DNA from: an uncultured Oscillospiraceae bacterium
GTDB taxonomy: Bacteria; Bacillota; Clostridia; Oscillospirales; Acutalibacteraceae
Direction of reading: 5' to 3'
DNA length: 64,000 nt
NCBI GenBank assembly: GCA_958448165.1
Contig: CAUDCW010000004.1
Coordinates: forward strand, 63,130 to 127,129
In this document: piece after piece, positions 39,459 to 48,998 of the stretch
Position numbering within the stretch: position 1 is the stretch's first letter
Layout: every line of letters starts with the position of its first letter
Translations under genes and position numbers: made by a program
The notes under the pieces: model-generated
The model's database searches: none
Seen by the model: only the letters and a program-made list of their open reading frames with translations
What the model was told of the DNA's origin: nothing

Positions 39459-39535
39459 ACGACAGGCTGAAAAACAATAAAGTCAAAGCAAAAGCAGATA
39501 TGCGATAATTTATGTATATATGAGGCGATTATAAT

Positions 39536-42274
39536 ATGAGAGAACTCAAAGAAAAAGAAGTGACCGCTGTTATTATTGCGGATGACGATAGTGTTATGAA
39601 GCTTCAAAAAACAATTTCATCTGTCGAAGCCTGCAGCACACCCGGCTGTGCGCTGACAAAAATATTTGTTATTGACGCTACATCAAAGGGCTTTACCTCG
39701 GCAGAATCAAAAGTGAATTATGAGATAATAAAAAAACATCAGGATGAGTTTACCGGTGCGGCTCTGAACAGGGCAGTGGATATGCTCTCGACTGAGTATG
39801 TAACCTTTTTTGACAGCGGTGATTTTGTTACTCCGGGATTTTTCGGTAAAGCCGCTCAGAATATAAAAAAGAACGGCGTCAGCTTTGCCTGCTGCAGCTC
39901 GGCTTGCTTTATTCCGTCGCTCGACCGTGAGGAGCAAAGCGCACTTAACAAAGCCGGCAGATTTTTAAAGGACGGCACCGTATCGGTTGAGGAAAACTGC
40001 AATTATATTCAGCCGAGCGCAAATGCCTGCCTTTTCCTTTCTGATGTGTTCAATACTCGTATGTTTAATTCCAACATCAAGTATGAGTACTATCAGGATT
40101 ATATGATGAAGCTTCTGCTTGATAACCCTGTTTACGGTGTTGTTGCAGACGAGCAGTATAACTTCTTTAAGCCGCAGGAGGACAACGCTCTTTATCACAT
40201 CAATGCGATTTACAAGGATTGGTATATTGACTCGATTGTTGATTTTCTCATTCCGTTAATGGAATACACACAGCAGCAAAAGGGTGAAATACCGCTTTTT
40301 ATCAGCTTTTATTTTATGTACTATTTTCAGGCGAGATTCCTGTCAAATATGAATAACCGCAACAAGCGTGCAATGACAGACAATGAGCTGAAAGCGTATT
40401 TTGTTATGGTTCGCCATGTGCTGAAAAACACAAATGACGGAATTATTCTGAACAAAAACAGGTTCCCTGCAATTATGTACAGCCTTGAGTGCGCTTTGAT
40501 GTTCAAGGAGCTTAAAAACGGAACATCTGAGCTTAACCGTGTTCTTGTCGAGGATAAAAACGACGCAATTCTCAGCATTAACGAAACAGACAGCAACGTG
40601 TTTGTATCCCGCCTGTCAAGTATGCATATAGGTATTCATGTGCTTGACTACAGCGACGGAAGGCTCTTGCTTGACGGCTCGTTCAGAAATGTGTTTATCG
40701 CCGAAAAGCTCAGTCTTTATGCGCAGTTCAACGGCAAGAAGTATTATCTTGAGAACAACGACCGTTATTCGCTGACTAAGTATTTCGGCATAAGTGCCTA
40801 CAAGAAGTTCACCTTCCATCTGGAGCTGCCGCTTAACAGCTCAAAACCGGAGCAGAAGCTTCGCTTCTTTGCGCAGGTCGGCTCAACGCTTGTGCCGCTC
40901 AATTTTTCATTCCTGCATCACTGGGCTAAGCTTGCTGTTAAACCAAAGGACAGCTATTGGTGCTTTAATCAGTACATCGCAAAACACAATGCATATGAAA
41001 AGGCGATTGTCATTGAAAGGGCAAGCCGTCTGAAAAAGCTTAAATCCGAGCTTAAGTATCTTCCGCAGCTTTTCTGCGAGAGCAAAAAGTATTTTCTGTT
41101 CCGCCTTTTATATGATGTTACCATTCCTTTCTTCAAAAACAAGAAGATATGGCTTATGTATGATAAGCTTTACAAGGGCGGCGACAGCTGTGAATATCTG
41201 TACCGTGCAACGGCAAAGAACAACGACGGAATAACAAAGTATTATATCATCGACAAAAACACTCCCGACTATAAGTCGCTTAAGGCAGACGGTTATAAGC
41301 CTGTTGCGACCCGTTCGCTCAAGCACCGCCTTGCGTTTTTACACTCTGATATTGTGCTTATCACAAATTCAAACCTTTTCCCGTTCAACGGTTACAATAT
41401 GGACCGCTCACGCTTCATCAGGGGACTTTGCAACTTCGGCTCAATGTGCCTGCAGCACGGCCTTACTGTGCAGAAATGCGCAATGGCACAGCAAAGAATT
41501 ATTGATAATACGAAGATGTATTTTATTGCGTCAAAGTATGAAAAGGGCAATCTGGAGCATCACGCATACAACTACAAGGGCTTTGACATTATCAGGCTCA
41601 CGGGTATAGGAAGATATGACGGATTGAAGAACAATGACCGCAAGCAGATCCTGCTTTCTCCGACATGGCGAATGTATAACGCAATGCCGGTTACATCAAG
41701 CGAGGGCGTTCAGCGTGAATATAATCCCGAATTCAAGCATACCGTTTATTACAAGATATATAATGACCTGATCAACAACGAAAAGCTTTTAAGCTGTGCA
41801 AAGAAAAACGGATATAAGATAAAATACCTGCTGCACCCGATTTTAAGCGCCCAGCTAAAGGACTTTACACCGGGCGACGGGGTAGAGGTAATAGCCTCTG
41901 TCGGGAACCTTAGCTATGAAAAAATCCTTACCGAGTCAAGCCTTATGGTGACTGACTACTCAGGCGTTCAGTTTGACTTTGCCTATATGAAAAAGCCGCT
42001 CGTGTATTTTCACCCGTCACAGCTTCCGGCGCACTATGACGACGGCTGCTTCTTCTATGACACGATGGGCTTCGGCGAAATCTGCACCGAAAGCGAGCAG
42101 CTTGTGAATACGCTTTGCGCTTACATGGAAAACGGCTGCAAAATGAGCCAAAAGTATATTGACAGGGTAGATGATTTTTATAACTATCACGACCACAACA
42201 ACTGCGAAAGAATCTACAAGGAAATTCTTTCTTTCCAGAAGCAGGTTGACCGTGATAAGATGAGAAAAAAATAA
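39536..42274 (+). CDS. Bifunctional teichoic-acid-type protein: N-terminal GT2-like glycosyltransferase domain + C-terminal CDP-glycerol glycerophosphotransferase (TagB/TagF) domain
   Basis: 912 aa. N-terminal VTAVIIADDD...FFDSGD (GT-A like). C-terminal TagF-like block (IWLMYDKLYKGGDSCEYLY ... HPSQLPAHYDDGCFFYD). Confidence 0.7.
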   Translation: MRELKEKEVTAVIIADDDSVMKLQKTISSVEACSTPGCALTKIFVIDATSKGFTSAESKVNYEIIKKHQDEFTGAALNRAVDMLSTEYVTFFDSGDFVTPGFFGKAAQNIKKNGVSFACCSSACFIPSLDREEQSALNKAGRFLKDGTVSVEENCNYIQPSANACLFLSDVFNTRMFNSNIKYEYYQDYMMKLLLDNPVYGVVADEQYNFFKPQEDNALYHINAIYKDWYIDSIVDFLIPLMEYTQQQKGEIPLFISFYFMYYFQARFLSNMNNRNKRAMTDNELKAYFVMVRHVLKNTNDGIILNKNRFPAIMYSLECALMFKELKNGTSELNRVLVEDKNDAILSINETDSNVFVSRLSSMHIGIHVLDYSDGRLLLDGSFRNVFIAEKLSLYAQFNGKKYYLENNDRYSLTKYFGISAYKKFTFHLELPLNSSKPEQKLRFFAQVGSTLVPLNFSFLHHWAKLAVKPKDSYWCFNQYIAKHNAYEKAIVIERASRLKKLKSELKYLPQLFCESKKYFLFRLLYDVTIPFFKNKKIWLMYDKLYKGGDSCEYLYRATAKNNDGITKYYIIDKNTPDYKSLKADGYKPVATRSLKHRLAFLHSDIVLITNSNLFPFNGYNMDRSRFIRGLCNFGSMCLQHGLTVQKCAMAQQRIIDNTKMYFIASKYEKGNLEHHAYNYKGFDIIRLTGIGRYDGLKNNDRKQILLSPTWRMYNAMPVTSSEGVQREYNPEFKHTVYYKIYNDLINNEKLLSCAKKNGYKIKYLLHPILSAQLKDFTPGDGVEVIASVGNLSYEKILTESSLMVTDYSGVQFDFAYMKKPLVYFHPSQLPAHYDDGCFFYDTMGFGEICTESEQLVNTLCAYMENGCKMSQKYIDRVDDFYNYHDHNNCERIYKEILSFQKQVDRDKMRKK

Positions 42275-42328
42275 TCCACTGATCATCAGGTGAGTTCACG
42301 AATTACTTGATATTGTTTTAATAATATA

Positions 42329-42357
42329 TTGACAAATTGTTAATTTTGTGGTATCAT
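42329..42357 (+). promoter_or_regulatory. sigma-A-type promoter (TTGACA-17-TGgTATCAT)
   Basis: TTGACA at 42329-42334, extended -10 TGGTATCAT ending at 42357, GGAGGT RBS before 42374/42389. Confidence 0.5.
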
Positions 42358-42373
42358 TTTAACATCTTAAAAA

Positions 42374-42733
42374 ATGGAGGTATATCTTATGGTTCAGCAG
42401 AGAAGTATTGCACTTTATATCGTATTGTCAATTGTTACATGCGGCATCTTCGGACTTGTTTGGTTTGTTATGATTACAAACGACCTGAGAGCTCTTTCAG
42501 GCGACCAGTCATCAACTTCCGGCGGCGTTGCATTGCTGTTGACAATTGTAACTTGCGGTATTTATGGCCTTTATTGGGCTTATAAATGCGGTGAGACTCT
42601 TGACAACATCAAGACATCTCGCGGTATTCCTGCAAGCAACGGCGGTGTGCTGTATCTCATTCTTTACTTGTTTGCAGGCATTATTACATATGCACTTGTT
42701 CAGAATGAAATTAACAAGCTCGTTCAGCAGTAA
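42374..42733 (+). CDS. Small membrane protein with duplicated IVTCGI(F/Y)GL(V/Y)W motif (DUF4234-like)
   Basis: Two copies of SIVTCGIFGLVW and TIVTCGIYGLYW. The start may be the internal MVQQR ATG at 42389. Confidence 0.6.
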   Translation: MEVYLMVQQRSIALYIVLSIVTCGIFGLVWFVMITNDLRALSGDQSSTSGGVALLLTIVTCGIYGLYWAYKCGETLDNIKTSRGIPASNGGVLYLILYLFAGIITYALVQNEINKLVQQ

Positions 42734-42739
42734 TTTTAT

Positions 42740-43132
42740 TTGATGAAGAAGAGAGCAAAAAATGTTCTGATTCTGTTTGGAATCATTATTGCGGTCGGCA
42801 TAATATACATTATCTTCAATTCTCTGACGGGAATAGGAATACCGTGTGTGTTCCACCTTATAACCGGACTTAACTGTCCGGGATGCGGAGTGTCAAGGAT
42901 GATTATTTCAATAATTAATCTTGATTTTGAAGCTGCCTTTCGCTATAATGCTGCATTATTTGTTCTTTCGCCCGTGTTCTTGATTCTGGCGATTACAATT
43001 ATCGTAAGATATATAAGAACGGGTTCACAAAAGCTAAGTCGAGGGCAGTCAGCGGTGGTTATCACGCTGATTGTCCTTTTGCTTTTGTTTGGAATAGTCA
43101 GAAATCTTCCTTTTGTTGATTTTATCAATTAA
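42740..43132 (+). CDS. Small membrane protein with CPGCG motif (DUF2752-like)
   Basis: GLNCPGCGVSRM between TM helices; 6-bp gap after the preceding gene. Confidence 0.6.
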   Translation: MMKKRAKNVLILFGIIIAVGIIYIIFNSLTGIGIPCVFHLITGLNCPGCGVSRMIISIINLDFEAAFRYNAALFVLSPVFLILAITIIVRYIRTGSQKLSRGQSAVVITLIVLLLLFGIVRNLPFVDFIN

Positions 43133-43257
43133 TTCTCATATGCAAATAAAGAATTTATTGACTTTTTGTATAAAAAATTCTTATTTTCAAACAATAACTT
43201 TTGCAAAAATCTTTCTGATTTTGCCAAGCGATTATTGAAAATAAGGAGCTAATATAT

Positions 43258-43800
43258 ATGAAAGCAACAGGAATTGTTAGGCGCATTGACGACCTCGGCA
43301 GAGTTGTAATACCCAAGGAAATCCGACGTACTCTCAGAATAAAAGAGGGTGCGCCGCTTGAAATTTACACCGACGGCAACGGAGAGGTCATCTTCAAAAA
43401 ATATCTGCCGATGGGTGAGCTTGTCAATCTTGCGGTTCTTTACACAGAGGTGTTATACAAGGTTTCGGGTATGCCGACGATAATAAGCGACAGCGAGCAT
43501 ATTGTTGCCGCATCCGGTGTGCCTAAGCGTGACTATCTTGAACGCAGGGTGTCGCCTGTGATTGATGAATTTATGGAGATGCGCCGCAGCTATGCGGCTC
43601 ACGATACCCAGATCAACGATATCCACCCGGTTGAGGGGCTTGACGGTGTAGCGGCGGTAATGTATCCGATAATTTCTTCGGGCGATGTTATGGGCAGCGT
43701 TATAATGCTGTTCGGCGACAGCAAAAATATGCCGACAGAAACAGAAATAAAGCTTGTGCAATCTGCCGCTGTTTTTCTCGGAAAGCAGATGGAGGAATAA
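43258..43800 (+). CDS. spoVT: Stage V sporulation protein T (AbrB-type N-domain + GAF-like C-domain)
   Basis: MKATGIVRRIDDLGRVVIPKEIRRTLRIKEGAPLEIYTD is a SpoVT/AbrB swapped-hairpin domain; length 180 aa as in SpoVT. Confidence 0.85.
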   Translation: MKATGIVRRIDDLGRVVIPKEIRRTLRIKEGAPLEIYTDGNGEVIFKKYLPMGELVNLAVLYTEVLYKVSGMPTIISDSEHIVAASGVPKRDYLERRVSPVIDEFMEMRRSYAAHDTQINDIHPVEGLDGVAAVMYPIISSGDVMGSVIMLFGDSKNMPTETEIKLVQSAAVFLGKQMEE

Positions 43801-43955
43801 TTGCAGTCATCGCGTTATGGCTTTGCCGGAACGGTAAGACCATAACGCGTTTATTATAATTTACAAAAATGTTATAACTTAGAGAGCCTTAAAACTTGAA
43901 TTCACAACTGCATTTATGTTATAATACTTACGATAATGTGAAAGAAGGTGTTTTA

Positions 43956-45716
43956 ATGCCTGAACTATGCTATGGATGTATGAAAGAAAGCAGCGGCGAA
44001 AAAATCTGCCCCAACTGCGGCTTTGATAAAAATACACAGCAGAAAGCGCCCTTTTTGCCATTGGGCAAAAGGCTTCAGGATAGGTACATTGTCGGAAAAA
44101 TACTCGTTAACAGCACTGATTCTGCTACATATATCGGATATGACGATAAGAACGGTACTGTTGTAAACATTCGCGAGTTCCTTCCGGCAGGTCTTTGCAC
44201 AAGGGATTCGAGCAATGATTCGCTTGTGCCGAACAACGGCAGTGATGCTATATATTCAGAATATCTTGAAGAATTCAAGAATATTTACACAAAGGTCAAA
44301 AAATACAGCGAGCTTACCGCTATCACAAATATCCTCGATATTTTTGAAGAGAATAACACGGTTTATGCCATTGAAGAGGTTGACGATGTTATTCCGTTTG
44401 AGGAGTATATTGAGCGCAGCGGCGATAATATGGAGTGGGACACGGCAAGACCGTTGTTTATGCCGCTTTTGTCTGCTCTTTCACAGCTCAACAGCGACGG
44501 CCTTTATCATCTCGGTGTTGCGCCGGACAACCTTGTGGTGACATCGGCAGGCAAGATAAGACTTGTTAATTTTGCAATTAACGAGGTCCGTCAGAAGGGC
44601 AACAAGGTTGCAGACGTGCTTTACTCCGGCTGCAGTGCGCCTGAGCAGTATGACGAGGACGGCGTTATTGATGAGCAGACCGAAATTTACGGCTTCACGG
44701 CAACTCTTTTTTACGCTCTTGCAGGTAAGCTCCCTGCTGACGCAGTAAAAAGAAAAGAGGACGGCAGACTTCTTATCAGCACCAATGTTGTAAAAAAGCT
44801 TCCTCCTCATGTTGTTTCCGCACTTGCAAATGGTTTGCAGGTTGACAAGGAGCAGAGAATTCCCGATTTTGAAACAATGCGGGCACAGCTCAGCGCAGCT
44901 CCGACAGTTAAGGCGATACAGGAAGAAATAGCAAGGCCTGCTGTTGTTCCTATGATAGAAGAGGATGTTGAAGAGAAAAAGGGAGTTTCAAACTTCACAT
45001 GGGGTGTTATAGCCGCAATAATTGCTCTTGTTGTGTTTTCTGCGGCAGGCTTCTGGTGGATTTCAACAAACCCGTTCGAGGGCTTGTTCCAACCGGGCGA
45101 AGCACCGACCGACCCCACTTCTGCCACCTCAATAACCGAGCCTGAGGGCGAGGACTTCACATATCCGCGCGACAGCGAGTTCTTCCGTGTGCCGAGCTTT
45201 ATCGGCTTAAAGCTTGAGGACGCTCAGAAAAAGGCGGAGGAAAGCGACGGCGAATACACTGTTATCAGAACAATCGACGATGCGTTCAGCGATACAGTTG
45301 CCGAGGGCTTTATATGTGAGCAGACGCCGGAGGGCAGAACAACAATCAATCGCGGCAAGGACGGCGTTACGATAGCCGTTACGATAAGTAAAGGCTCAAA
45401 GCAGAGAGTTCTCCCGAAAATTGACAATATGACATATGAGCAGGCTCTCAAAGCTCTTACAAATGAGCATCTCCTCACCGATGTCGTTATGGAGTTCAGC
45501 GACGATATTCCGGAAAACACGGTTATTTCCTATAAGGATAAAAAAGAGGGCGACAAGGTTGAATACGGCTCGTCTGTTACTGTTGTGGTAAGTCTGGGAC
45601 CTGAACCGACTTCTTCAGATTCTTCTGCATCGAGCAACACATCAAGCGAATTCACATACAGCGATGCAATTTCATTTGAGGATTCAAGCAGTTCAAGCAG
45701 TTCTGATTCCGAATAA
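43956..45716 (+). CDS. Membrane protein: N-terminal zinc ribbon + degenerate (pseudo)kinase domain + TM + two extracellular PASTA domains + Ser-rich tail
   Basis: GAAGGTG RBS then MPELCYGCMKESSGEKICPNCGFD. Kinase-like fold with HLGVAPDN in place of HRDxKxxN, NFA in place of DFG, NIRE in place of VAIK, no Gly loop, APE retained (CSAPEQ). TM VIAAIIALVVFSAAGFWWI; PASTA-like FRVPSFIGLKLEDAQKKA and LPKIDNMTYEQALKAL. Confidence 0.7.
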   Translation: MPELCYGCMKESSGEKICPNCGFDKNTQQKAPFLPLGKRLQDRYIVGKILVNSTDSATYIGYDDKNGTVVNIREFLPAGLCTRDSSNDSLVPNNGSDAIYSEYLEEFKNIYTKVKKYSELTAITNILDIFEENNTVYAIEEVDDVIPFEEYIERSGDNMEWDTARPLFMPLLSALSQLNSDGLYHLGVAPDNLVVTSAGKIRLVNFAINEVRQKGNKVADVLYSGCSAPEQYDEDGVIDEQTEIYGFTATLFYALAGKLPADAVKRKEDGRLLISTNVVKKLPPHVVSALANGLQVDKEQRIPDFETMRAQLSAAPTVKAIQEEIARPAVVPMIEEDVEEKKGVSNFTWGVIAAIIALVVFSAAGFWWISTNPFEGLFQPGEAPTDPTSATSITEPEGEDFTYPRDSEFFRVPSFIGLKLEDAQKKAEESDGEYTVIRTIDDAFSDTVAEGFICEQTPEGRTTINRGKDGVTIAVTISKGSKQRVLPKIDNMTYEQALKALTNEHLLTDVVMEFSDDIPENTVISYKDKKEGDKVEYGSSVTVVVSLGPEPTSSDSSASSNTSSEFTYSDAISFEDSSSSSSSDSE

Positions 45717-45738
45717 CAAAAATAATATCAATATATCA

Positions 45739-45780
45739 AGAGACGGAGTCTTTTCCGTCTCTTTGTATTATTGTATATTT
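45739..45780 (+). terminator. Rho-independent terminator after the PASTA pseudokinase gene
   Basis: AGAGACGGAGTCTTTTCCGTCTCT hairpin followed by TTGTATTATTGTATATTT. Confidence 0.7.
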
Positions 45781-45898
45781 AAATACAGGCTTGTGTAAAT
45801 ACAGACTTGTGCCTACTTCAATTTCGTGTGTTGCCTTTGTAGCCAATACTGTATATATGTTCACACTGCCATTGCCAAGCGGACTGTTTTAATAGAAA

Positions 45899-45921
45899 AG
45901 CGGCGCACCAAAAGTGCGCCG
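45899..45921 (-). terminator. Terminator hairpin for the convergent minus-strand XRE gene (possibly bidirectional)
   Basis: GCGGCGCACCAAAAGTGCGCCGC hairpin; on the minus strand it is followed by a TTTTCTATT run. Confidence 0.55.
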
Positions 45922-46014
45922 CAGATAAATATAAAAATTTTAGTAAGCTAAACCTTAATTTAGTTTGGGGCTGTAAGATTTAAGTTTTAATAACTCAAAA
46001 CTCAAAACTAAACT

Positions 46015-46710
46015 TTATTTCTTGTTTGCCTTGTCCTCGCACACCTTGATTAAATTGAACAGCGAGGAAAAGTAGAGCGGATATTTCTTGGCGATGATTT
46101 CGGGGGAAAGGCTAGGAACTCTGTCGATAGGCACGCCGTCAAAGCCGTCACAGCCGTTGCCGCCTGCAAGAGAGCCTGCGTATGCCTCGGCAAGGCTTTG
46201 CAAAGCGCTGAAAACACCGCCTGCTACGTTTTCATCGACCGAGAACACGCCTTTGGGGTTTTTGTTGCCGCTGCTGTATATTATCCTGAACATCTTATAA
46301 ACCGAAAGCATCAGATAATCCGAAACCTCGGTTGTCAGTCCCTTGCTGCCTGTTTCTTCAAGCAGGTCAAATATCAGCTCGATTGAATTGATGATAAGAC
46401 GTTTGTTAAGGACAGACAGCAAATTGCTTTTTACAACATTCGGCTTTATTTCGGGCGAGGAAATTTCCGGTAAATCATTTATCGCAATTTTTGCGCCGTT
46501 GCGCTGTACGGTTCTGCCGAGCAAATAGTCCGTTGACACGTCATAATATTCGGCAACCTTGATTACAAAGTCAAGTCCGCATTCTCTTATTCCTTTTTCA
46601 TAGTGGGATAAAAGAGCCTGTGAAACGCCGAGGTCAGCCGCAACCTGCTTCTGGCTCAAGCCCTTTTCTTTGCGCAGCAAAGAGATTATTCTTGAAAAGT
46701 CCTTGTTCAT
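46015..46710 (-). CDS. XRE-family HTH transcriptional regulator with ~165-aa C-terminal domain of unknown function
   Basis: MNKDFSRIISLLRKEKGLSQKQVAADLGVSQALLSHYEKG HTH_3 motif; start taken at MNKDF. Confidence 0.75.
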   Translation of the reverse strand: MNKDFSRIISLLRKEKGLSQKQVAADLGVSQALLSHYEKGIRECGLDFVIKVAEYYDVSTDYLLGRTVQRNGAKIAINDLPEISSPEIKPNVVKSNLLSVLNKRLIINSIELIFDLLEETGSKGLTTEVSDYLMLSVYKMFRIIYSSGNKNPKGVFSVDENVAGGVFSALQSLAEAYAGSLAGGNGCDGFDGVPIDRVPSLSPEIIAKKYPLYFSSLFNLIKVCEDKANKK

Positions 46711-46874
46711 ACCAACACCTGAATTTAAAAAATAACAAAATGTTATACAGATTAAAATTTTAAAACAAAACAATTACAACGCTGTAATCAATATACGAAT
46801 AGTATATAATAAAATCAACAATTTGTAAAGTAGGCGTTGTTCGTCATTATTACAGTATTTTAGAGGAGTTATTT

Positions 46875-47507
46875 ATGAAAACTTACCAAATTCACCTTAT
46901 TCGACACGGTTTGACCGACGAAAACGAAAAAGGAAAGTACATAGGCTCAACCGATGTTCCCTTGTCGCAAAAGGGAATAAAGCTTTTGAAAAAATACTCT
47001 GAGGAGTACGATTATCCCGGTGCGCCCATTGTGTATTCAAGTCCGCTTCAGCGCTGCGTTCAGACAGCAGGCATACTTTATCCGGCGATTACCCCAAAAA
47101 TAATCGGCGGTCTTGCTGAATGCAGCTTCGGCGACTGGGAGGGAAAAACAGTTGCAGATCTGGCAAAGGAGGACAATTTTGCAAAATGGCTGGCTAACTC
47201 AAAGAATGAATTCACTCCGCCGAACGGTGAAAGCGGCGAGGCGTTCCTGCGCAGAATCTGTCGTGCGTTTGAAAAAATTGTCAGCGACCTTGTTGCATCG
47301 GGAGAAACAAGCGCAGTCGTTATAACTCACGGCGGCGTGATAATGAATTTACTGTCTGTTTACGGCTTGCCGCACGCAGACCCGTATGATTGGCGAATGG
47401 ACAACGGCTTTGGCTATTCACTCAGAATAAACACTCTTTTGTGGCAGCGTGACAAGGTGTGCGAGGTTTATGCTCTTGCACCCTATGAAAAAACAGAGGA
47501 AAATTGA
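46875..47507 (+). CDS. Histidine phosphatase family protein (phosphoglycerate-mutase-like)
   Basis: IHLIRHGLTDEN RHG catalytic motif. Confidence 0.8.
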   Translation: MKTYQIHLIRHGLTDENEKGKYIGSTDVPLSQKGIKLLKKYSEEYDYPGAPIVYSSPLQRCVQTAGILYPAITPKIIGGLAECSFGDWEGKTVADLAKEDNFAKWLANSKNEFTPPNGESGEAFLRRICRAFEKIVSDLVASGETSAVVITHGGVIMNLLSVYGLPHADPYDWRMDNGFGYSLRINTLLWQRDKVCEVYALAPYEKTEEN

Positions 47508-47588
47508 CAAATTGTAGCATAGTTTACATTTTTATTTTTGCCGCTGTGGCATACTTTTAATATCAAATTCGGATTGGAGATAATAGCG

Positions 47589-48659
47589 ATGAAAAATTAT
47601 AAGCTTGTTTTACTCAAGGGCGACGGAATAGGCCCTGAAATCGTTGACGAGGCAGTTAAGGTCCTCAATAAAGCGGCTGAAAAGTTCAACTTCACGGTTG
47701 AGTATGAGGAGGCTCTGCTCGGTGGCTGTGCAATTGATGCAACAGGTGTTCCGCTTCCGGAGGAAACCGTTACAAAGTGTAAGGCGGCCGATTCTGTAAT
47801 TCTCGGTGCTGTAGGCGGTCCTAAGTGGGATACTCTTCCGGGTAACCTTCGTCCGGAAGCTGGACTTCTCGGCATCAGAGGTGCTCTCGGACTTTTTGCA
47901 AACCTGCGTCCGGCGGTTATCTTTGAGCCGCTCAAGAACGCATCACCGCTCAAGGACGAAATCATCGGCAAGGCTCTTGACATTATGGTGGTAAGGGAGC
48001 TTACAGGCGGCATCTACTTCGGCGAAAGAGGCAGAAAAGACGTTGACGGCAAACCTGCCGCATATGATACCGAGATGTACACTGTTCCCGAGATTGAGAG
48101 AATCGCAAGAGTAGCCTTTGATATGGCTATGAACAGAAACAAGAAGCTCACAAGCGTTGACAAGGCGAATGTTCTCGAGTCGTCAAGACTCTGGAGAGAA
48201 ACCGTTATCAGGGTTTCAAAGGATTATCCCGAGGTTGAGCTTAACCACCTTTATGTTGATAACTGCGCAATGCAGCTTGTCCGCAACCCGGGTCAGTTTG
48301 ACGTTATCGTTACATCTAACATCTTCGGCGACATTCTCTCTGATGAGGCTTCAATGATCAGCGGCTCTATCGGTATGCTCGCATCAGCAAGCCTTAACGA
48401 GAACAAGGCAGGTCTTTATGAGCCTATTCACGGTTCTGCTCCCGACATTGCAGGTCTTGGCATTGCAAATCCGCTTGCAACAATTCTTTCCGTTGCAATG
48501 ATGCTCAAGCATTCTCTTGACCAGCCGGAGGCAGCAGACGCAATTGAAAACGCAGTTGCAAAGGCTCTTGAAACCTACAGAACACCCGATATCTATACAG
48601 AGGGAACAAAGAAGGTAAATTGTAAGGAAATGGGCGACGTTGTTTGCTCGCTCCTTTAA
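47589..48659 (+). CDS. leuB: 3-isopropylmalate dehydrogenase
   Basis: [20 protein letters not shown]-terminus; [20 protein letters not shown] isocitrate/isopropylmalate dehydrogenase signature. Confidence 0.9.
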   Translation: MKNYKLVLLKGDGIGPEIVDEAVKVLNKAAEKFNFTVEYEEALLGGCAIDATGVPLPEETVTKCKAADSVILGAVGGPKWDTLPGNLRPEAGLLGIRGALGLFANLRPAVIFEPLKNASPLKDEIIGKALDIMVVRELTGGIYFGERGRKDVDGKPAAYDTEMYTVPEIERIARVAFDMAMNRNKKLTSVDKANVLESSRLWRETVIRVSKDYPEVELNHLYVDNCAMQLVRNPGQFDVIVTSNIFGDILSDEASMISGSIGMLASASLNENKAGLYEPIHGSAPDIAGLGIANPLATILSVAMMLKHSLDQPEAADAIENAVAKALETYRTPDIYTEGTKKVNCKEMGDVVCSLL

Positions 48660-48721
48660 TCCGATAAACAAACATATTTTGCGGCACCGAAGCAACAGCT
48701 GTATTCGGCGCCGTTTCTTTT

Positions 48722-48901
48722 TTAAGGAAACACTGATTAAATCGTTTGTGCATATTGCGTCGTCAGATTTTTCGTTAGGTTGGACAAATAAAACGCAGTA
48801 ATGCTGACGCATTGCGAGGATTTTTTGGTCAGGCTGACGGAAAATATGCAAGCAAGATGTGTAAACAGCTTTTAAGCGTGATTAATTCAGTGTTTCCTTA
48901 A
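48722..48901. repeat. TIR-bounded ~180-bp element, copy 2 of 3
   Basis: ~90% identical to 952-1130 in the same orientation; lies between the leuB stop and the fhs promoter, 98 bp upstream of the fhs start. Confidence 0.8.
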
Positions 48902-48998
48902 ATATCGTAAATTCACACTTGTTAATATCTGCGCCGTATGATATAATTTTTTAATGTAGTAATCCCATATTTTTTATTATATATAGGAGGAACGGAAA

